64,000 bases of DNA from Eledone cirrhosa (Eukaryota): NCBI GenBank assembly GCA_964016885.1, contig OZ024744.1:134168001-134232000 (forward strand). The letters run 5' to 3'. Shown here in pieces: positions 58,601 to 64,000 of the stretch. The position numbers were made by a program, and so were the translations under genes. Each line of letters begins with the position of its first letter. Position 1 is the stretch's first letter. The notes beneath the pieces were generated by a model, which saw only the letters and a list, made by a program, of their open reading frames with translations, did not search any database and was not told the origin of the DNA.

Positions 58601-61600
58601 AAGTTGGGGTTAAGTTAAGTTGGGGTTAAGTTAAGTTGGGGCTAAGTTAAGTTGGGGCTGAGTTAAGTTGGGGTTAAGTTAAGTTGGGCTTAATTTAAGT
58701 CGGGGTTAAGTTAAGTTAGGGTTCAGTTAAGTTGGGGTTAAGTTAAGTTGGGGTTAAGTTAAGTTGGGGTTAAGTTAAGTCGGGGTTAAGTTAAGTTGGG
58801 GTTAAGTTAAGTTGGGGTTAAGTTAAGTCGGGGTTAAGTTAAGTTGGGGTTAAGTTAAGTTGGGGTTAATTTAAGTTGGGTTTAAGTTAAGTTGGGGTTA
58901 AGTTAAGTTGGGGTTAAGTTAAGATGGGGTTAATTTAAGTTGGGGTTAAGTTAAGTTGAGGTTAAGTTAAGTTGGGGTTAAATTAAGTTGGGGTTAAGGT
59001 AAGTTGGGGTTAAGTCAAGTTGGGGTTAAGTTAAGTTGGGGATAAGTTAAGTTGGGGATAATTTAAGTTGGGTTTAAGTTAAGTTGTGGTTAAGTTAAGT
59101 TGGGGTTAAGTTAAGTTGGGGTTAAGTTAAGTTGGGGTTAATTTAAGTTGGGGCTAAGTTAAGTTGGGACTGAGTTAAGTTGGGGTTAAGTTAAGTTGGG
59201 GTTAAGTTAAGTTGGGGTTAAGTTAAGTTGGAGTTTATTTAAGTTGGGGTTAAGTTAAGTTGGGGTTCAGTTAAGTTGGGGTTAAGTTAAGTTGGGGTTA
59301 AGATGGGGTTAAATTAAGTTGGGGTTAAGTTAAGTTGGGGTTAATTTAAGTTGGGGTTAAGTTAAGTTGGGGTTAAGTTAAGTCGGGGTTAAGTTAAGTC
59401 GGGGTTAAGTTAAGTTAGGGTTCAGTTAAGTTGGGGTTAAGTTAAGTTGGGGTTGAGTTAAGTTGGGGTTGAGTTAAATTGGGGTTGAGTTAAGTTGGGG
59501 TTGAGTTAAGTTGGTGTTGAGTTAAGTTGGGGTTAAGTTAAGTTGGGGTTACGTTAATTTGTGGTTAAGTTAAGTTGGGGTTAAGTTAAGTTGGGGTTAA
59601 GTTAAGTTGGGGTTAAGTTAAGTCGGGGTTAAGTTAAGTTGGGGTTGAGTTAAGTTGGGGTTAATTTAAGTTGGGGTTAAGTTAAGTTGGGGTTAAGTTA
59701 AGTTGGGGTTAAGTTAAGTTGGGGTTAAGTTAAGTTGGGGTTAAGTTAAGTTGAGGTTAAGTTAAGTTGGGGTTAAATTAAGTTGGGGTTAAGTTAAGTT
59801 GGGGTTAAGTTAAGTTGGGGTTAAGTTAAGTTGGGGATAAGTTAAGTTGGGGATAATTTAAGTTGGGGTTAGGTTAAGTTGGGTTTAAGTTAAGTTGGGG
59901 TTAAGTTAAGTTCGGGATAAGTTAAGTTGGGGTTAAGTTAAGTTGGGGTTAAGTTAAGTTGGGGTTAAGTTAAGTTGGGGCTAAGTTAAGTTGGGGCTGA
60001 GTTAAGTTGGGGTTAAGTTAAGTTGGGGTTAAGTTAAGTTGGGGTTAATTTAAGTTGGGGTTTATTTAAGTTGGGGTTACGTTAAGTTGGTGTTAAGTTA
60101 AGTTGGGGTTAATTTAAGTTGGGGTTAATTAAGTTGGGGTTAAGTTAAGTTGGGGTTAAGTTAAGTTGGGGTTAATTTAAGTTGGGGTTGAGTTAAGTTG
60201 GGGTTAAGTTAAGTTGGAGTTATATTAAGTTGGGGTTAAGTTAAGTTGGGGTTCAGTTAAGTTGGGTATAAGTTAAGTTGGGGTTAAGTTAAGTTGGGGT
60301 TAAGTTAAGTTGGGGTTAAGTTAAGTTGGTGTTAAGTTAAGTTGGGGCTAAGTTAAGTTGGGGCTGAGTTAAGTTGGGGCTGAGTTAAGTTGGGGTTAAG
60401 TTAAGTTGGGGTCAAGTTAAGTTGGGGTTAAGTTGGGGTTAAGTTAAGTTAGGTTTAAGTTAAGATGGGGTTAAGTTAAGTTGGGGTTAAGTTAAGTTGG
60501 GGTTAAGTTAAGTCGGGGTTAAGTTAAGTTGGGGTTAAGTTAAGTTGGGGTTAATTTAAGTTGGGGTTAAGTTAAGTTGGGGTCAAGTTAAGTTGGGGTT
60601 AAGTTGGGGTTAAGTTAATTTGTGGTTAAGTTAAGTTGGGGTTAAGTTGGGGTTAAGTTAAGTTAGGTTTAAGTTAAGTTGGGGTTAAGTTAAGTTGGGG
60701 TTAAGTTAATTTGTGGTTAAGTTAAGTTGGGGTTAAGTTGGGGTTAAGTTAAGTTAGGTTTAAGTTAAGTTGGGGTCAAGTTAAGTTGGGGTTAAGTTGG
60801 GGTTAAGTTAAGTTAGGTTTAAGTTAAGTTGGGGTTAAGTTAAGTTGGGGTTAAGTTAAGTTGGGGTTAAGTTAATTTGGGGTTAAGTTAATTTGTGGTT
60901 AAGTTAAGTTGGGGTTAAGTTAAGTTGGGGTTAAGTTAAGTTGGGGTTAAGTTAAGTCGGGGTTAAGTTAAGTTGGGGTTAAGTTAAGTTGGGGTTAATT
61001 TAAGTTGGGGTTAAGTTAAGTTGGGGTTAAGTTAAGTTGGGGTTAAATTAAGTTGGGGTTAAGTTAAGTTGGGGTTAAGTCAAGTTGGGGTTAAGTTAAG
61101 TTGGGGATAAGTTAAGTTGGGGATAATTTAAGTTGGGGTTAAGTTAAGTTGGGTTTAAGTTAAGTTGGGGTTAAGTTAAGTTGGGGTTAAGTTAAATTGG
61201 GGTTAAGTTAAGTTGGGGTTAAGTTAAGTTGGGGTTAAGTTAAGTTGGGGCTAAGTTAAGTTGGGGCTGAGTTAAGTTGGGGTTAAGTTAAGTTGGGCTT
61301 AATTTAAGTCGGGGTTAAGTTAAGTTAGGGTTCAGTTAAGTTGGGGTTAAGTTAAGTTTGGGTTAAGTTAAGTTGGGGTTAAGTTAAGTCGGGGTTAAGT
61401 TAAGTTGGGGTTAAGTTAAGTTGGGGTTAAGTTAAGTCGGGGTTAAGTTAAGTTGGGGTTAAGTTAAGTTGGGATTAATTTAAGTTGGGGTTAAGTTAAG
61501 TTGGGGTTAAGTTAAGTTGGGGTTAAGTTAAGATGGGGTTAATTTAAGTTGGGGTTAAGTTAAGTTGAGGTTAAGTTAAGTTGGGGTTAACTTAAGTTGG

Positions 61601-61619
61601 GGTTAAGTTAAGTTGGGGT

Positions 61620-64000
61620 TAAGTTAAGTTAGGTTTAAGTTAAGATGGGGTTAAGTTAAGTTGGGGTTAAGTTAAGTTGGGGTTAAGTTAAGTCGGGGTT
61701 AAGTTAAGTTGGGGTTAATTTAAGTTGGGGTTAAGTTAAGTTGGGGTCAAGCTAAGTTGGGGTTAAGTTGGGGTTAAGTTAATTTGTGGTTAAGTTAAGT
61801 TGGGGTTAAGTTGGGGTTAAGTTAAGTTAGGTTTAAGTTAAGTTGGGGTTAAGTTAAGTTGGGGTTAAGTTAATTTGTGGTTAAGTTAAGTTGGGGTTAA
61901 GTTGGGGTTAAGTTAAGTTAGGTTTAAGTTAAGTTGGGGTCAAGTTAAGTTGGGGTTAAGTTAAGTTAGGTTTAAGTTAAGTTGGGGTTAAGTTAAGTTG
62001 GGGTTAAGTTAAGTTGGGGTTAAGTTAAGTTGGGGTTAAGTTAATTTGTGGTTAAGTTAAGTTGGGGTTAAGTTAAGTTGGGGTTAAGTTAAGTTGGGGT
62101 TAAGTTAAGTCGGGGTTAAATTAAGTTGGGGTTAAGTTAAGTTGGGGTTAATTTAAGTTGGGGTTAAGTTAAGTTGGGGTTAAGTTAAGTTGGGGTTAAA
62201 TTAAGTTGGGGTTAAGTTAAGTTGGGGTTAAGTCAAGTTGGGGTTAAGTTAAGTTGGGGATAAGTTAAGTTGGGGATAATTTAAGTTGGGGTTAAGTTAA
62301 GTTGGGTTTAAGTTAAGTTGGGGTTAAGTTAAGTTGGGGTTAAGTTAAGTTGGGGTTAAGTTAAGTAGGGGTTAAGTTAAGTCGGGGTTAAGTTAAGTTG
62401 GGGTTAAGTTAAGTTGGGGTTAAGTTAAGTCGGGGTTAAGTTAAGTTGGGGTTAAGTTAAGTTGGGGTTAATTTAAGTTGGGGTTAAGTTAAGTTGGGGT
62501 TAAGTTAAGTTGGGGTTAAGTTAAGATGGGGTTAATTTAAGTTGGGGTTAAGTTAAGTTGAGGTTAAGTTAAGTTGGGGTTAAATTAAGTTGGGGTTAAG
62601 TTAAGTTGGGGTTAAGTCAAGTTGGGGTTAAGTTAAGTTGGGGTTAATTTAAGTTGGGGCTAAGTTAAGTTGGGACTGAGTTAAGTTGGGGTTAAGTTAA
62701 GTTGGGGTTAAGTTAAGTTGGGGTTAAGTTAAGTTGGAGTTTATTTAAGTTGGGGTTAAGTTAAGTTGGGGTTCAGTTAAGTTGGGGTTAAGTTAAGTTG
62801 GGGTTAAGATGGGGTTAAATTAAGTTGGGGTTAAGTTAAGTTGGGGTTAATTTAAGTTGGGGTTAAGTTAAGTTGGGGTTAAGTTAAGTCGGGGTTAAGT
62901 TAAGTCGGGGTTAAGTTAAGTTAGGGTTCAGTTAAGTTGGGGTTAAGTTAAGTTGGGGTTGAGTTAAGTTGGGGTTGAGTTAAATTGGGGTTGAGTTAAG
63001 TTGGGGTTGAGTTAAGTTGGTGTTGAGTTAAGTTGGGGTTAAGTTAAGTTGGGGTTAAGTTAATTTGTGGTTAAGTTAAGTTGGGGTTAAGTTAAGTTGG
63101 GGTTAAGTTAAGTTGGGGGTAAGTTAAGTCGGGGTTAAGTTAAGTTGGGGTTGAGTTAAGTTGGGGTTAATTTAAGTTGGGGTTAAGTTAAGTTGGGGTT
63201 AAGTTAAGTTGGGGTTAAGTTAAGTTGGGGTTAAGTTAAGTTGGGGTTAAGTTAAGTTGAGGTTAAGTTAAGTTGGGGTTAAATTAAGTTGGGGTTAAGT
63301 TAAGTTGGAGTTAAGTTAAGTTGGGGTTAAGTTAAGTTGGGGATAAGTTAAGTTGGGGATAATTTAAGTTGGGGTTAAGTTAAGTTGGGTTTAAGTTAAG
63401 TTGGGGTTAAGTTAAGTTGGGGATAAGTTAAGTTGGGGTTAAGTTAAGTTGGGGTTAAGTTAAGTTGGGGTTAAGTTAAGTTGGGGCTAAGTTAAGTTGG
63501 GGCTGAGTTAAGTTGGGGTTAAGTTAAGTTGGGGTTAAGTTAAGTTGGGGTTAATTTAAGTTGGGGTTTATTTAAGTTGGGGTTAAGTTAAGTTGGGGTT
63601 AAGATGGGGTTAAATTAAGTTGGGGTTAAGTTAAGTTGGGGTTAATTTAAGTTGGGGTTAAGTTAAGTTGGGGTTAAGTTAAGTCGGGGTTAAGTTAAGT
63701 CGGGGTTAAGTTAAGTTAGGGTTCAGTTAAGTTGGGGTTAAGTTAAGTTGGGGTTGAGTTAAGTTGGGGTTGAGTTAAATTGGGGTTGAGTTAAGTTGGG
63801 GTTGAGTTAAGTTGGTGTTGAGTTAAGTTGGGGTTAAGTTAAGTTGGGGTTAAGTTAATTTGTGGTTAAGTTAAGTTGGGGTTAAGTTAAGTTGGGGTTA
63901 AGTTAAGTTGGGGGTAAGTTAAGTCGGGGTTAAGTTAAGTTGGGGTTGAGTTAAGTTGGGGTTAATTTAAGTTGGGGTTAAGTTAAGTTGGGGTTAAGTT
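61620..64000 (+). repeat. Further copy of the variant series seen at about 6530-9300 and 53900-56650, with local rearrangement
   Basis: Shares the 91-bp 11-mer cluster, GGGACTGAG (62675), GGGGGTAAGTTAAGTCGGGG (about 63116 and 63910) and TTGGAGTTAAG (about 63309) with those regions. Confidence 0.7.

Larger units (their letters stand above)
1..64000 (+). repeat. Tandem satellite array of 16-bp monomer (TTAAGTTAAGTTGGGG)n, telomere-like, G-rich strand on +; both ends run off the window
   Basis: The same 16-bp period is visible on every line from base 1 to 64000. Deviations are substitutions (e.g. TCGGGG, TTGAG, GGGGCT, GGGGAT, TTAATTT, TTGAGG, TTTGTGG) or short units of 11 or 15 bp. No reverse-complement (CCCCAACTTAAC) block seen. 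Confidence 0.99.

Noticed and set aside
1-64000. Protein-coding ORF, such as a repetitive protein, on either strand
   Set aside because: TAA occurs twice per monomer on both strands, and the 16-bp period rotates it through all frames, so open stretches are only a few tens of bases.
1-64000. CRISPR array or repeat-spacer system
   Set aside because: There are no unique spacers. Monomers are directly adjacent and only 16 bp, and no cas gene or leader is present.
1-64000. Pure sequencing noise or synthetic low-complexity sequence
   Set aside because: Variants recur in the same order at exact long-range offsets, which random errors would not produce. Individual duplications could still be assembly artefacts.
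1-64000. Variant pattern as an encoded message or programmed code
   Set aside because: Nested tandem duplication of point mutations explains the order fully. Nothing in the window suggests a readout mechanism.
1-64000. Inversion, head-to-head fusion point or array boundary
   Set aside because: No CCCC-containing reverse-orientation monomers or non-repeat flank were seen anywhere in the window.

Overview
The whole 64-kb window is one uninterrupted, single-orientation tandem array of a 16-bp G-rich monomer, consensus TTAAGTTAAGTTGGGG (about 4,000 copies; 6 T, 4 A, 6 G and no C on the + strand). I see no unique sequence, gene, RNA gene, transposon or inversion. TAA stops fall in all six frames because 16 is not a multiple of 3. 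The information lies in rare variant monomers (substitutions, 11-bp and 15-bp short units), which recur in fixed order and reveal nested higher-order repeats: 91 bp, 416 bp, about 1.2, 1.9, 2.2, 2.3-2.4, 2.8 and 4.6 kb, a near-perfect 17.3-kb tandem duplication (about 18000-35313 and 35314-52611), and an older period of about 30 kb. The monomer looks telomere-like, but faithful copying of variants over tens of kb points to a recombination-amplified satellite or telomere-derived array rather than fresh telomerase product. Organism and chromosomal position cannot be determined from this window. All offsets were counted by hand from marker variants, and block edges are approximate.
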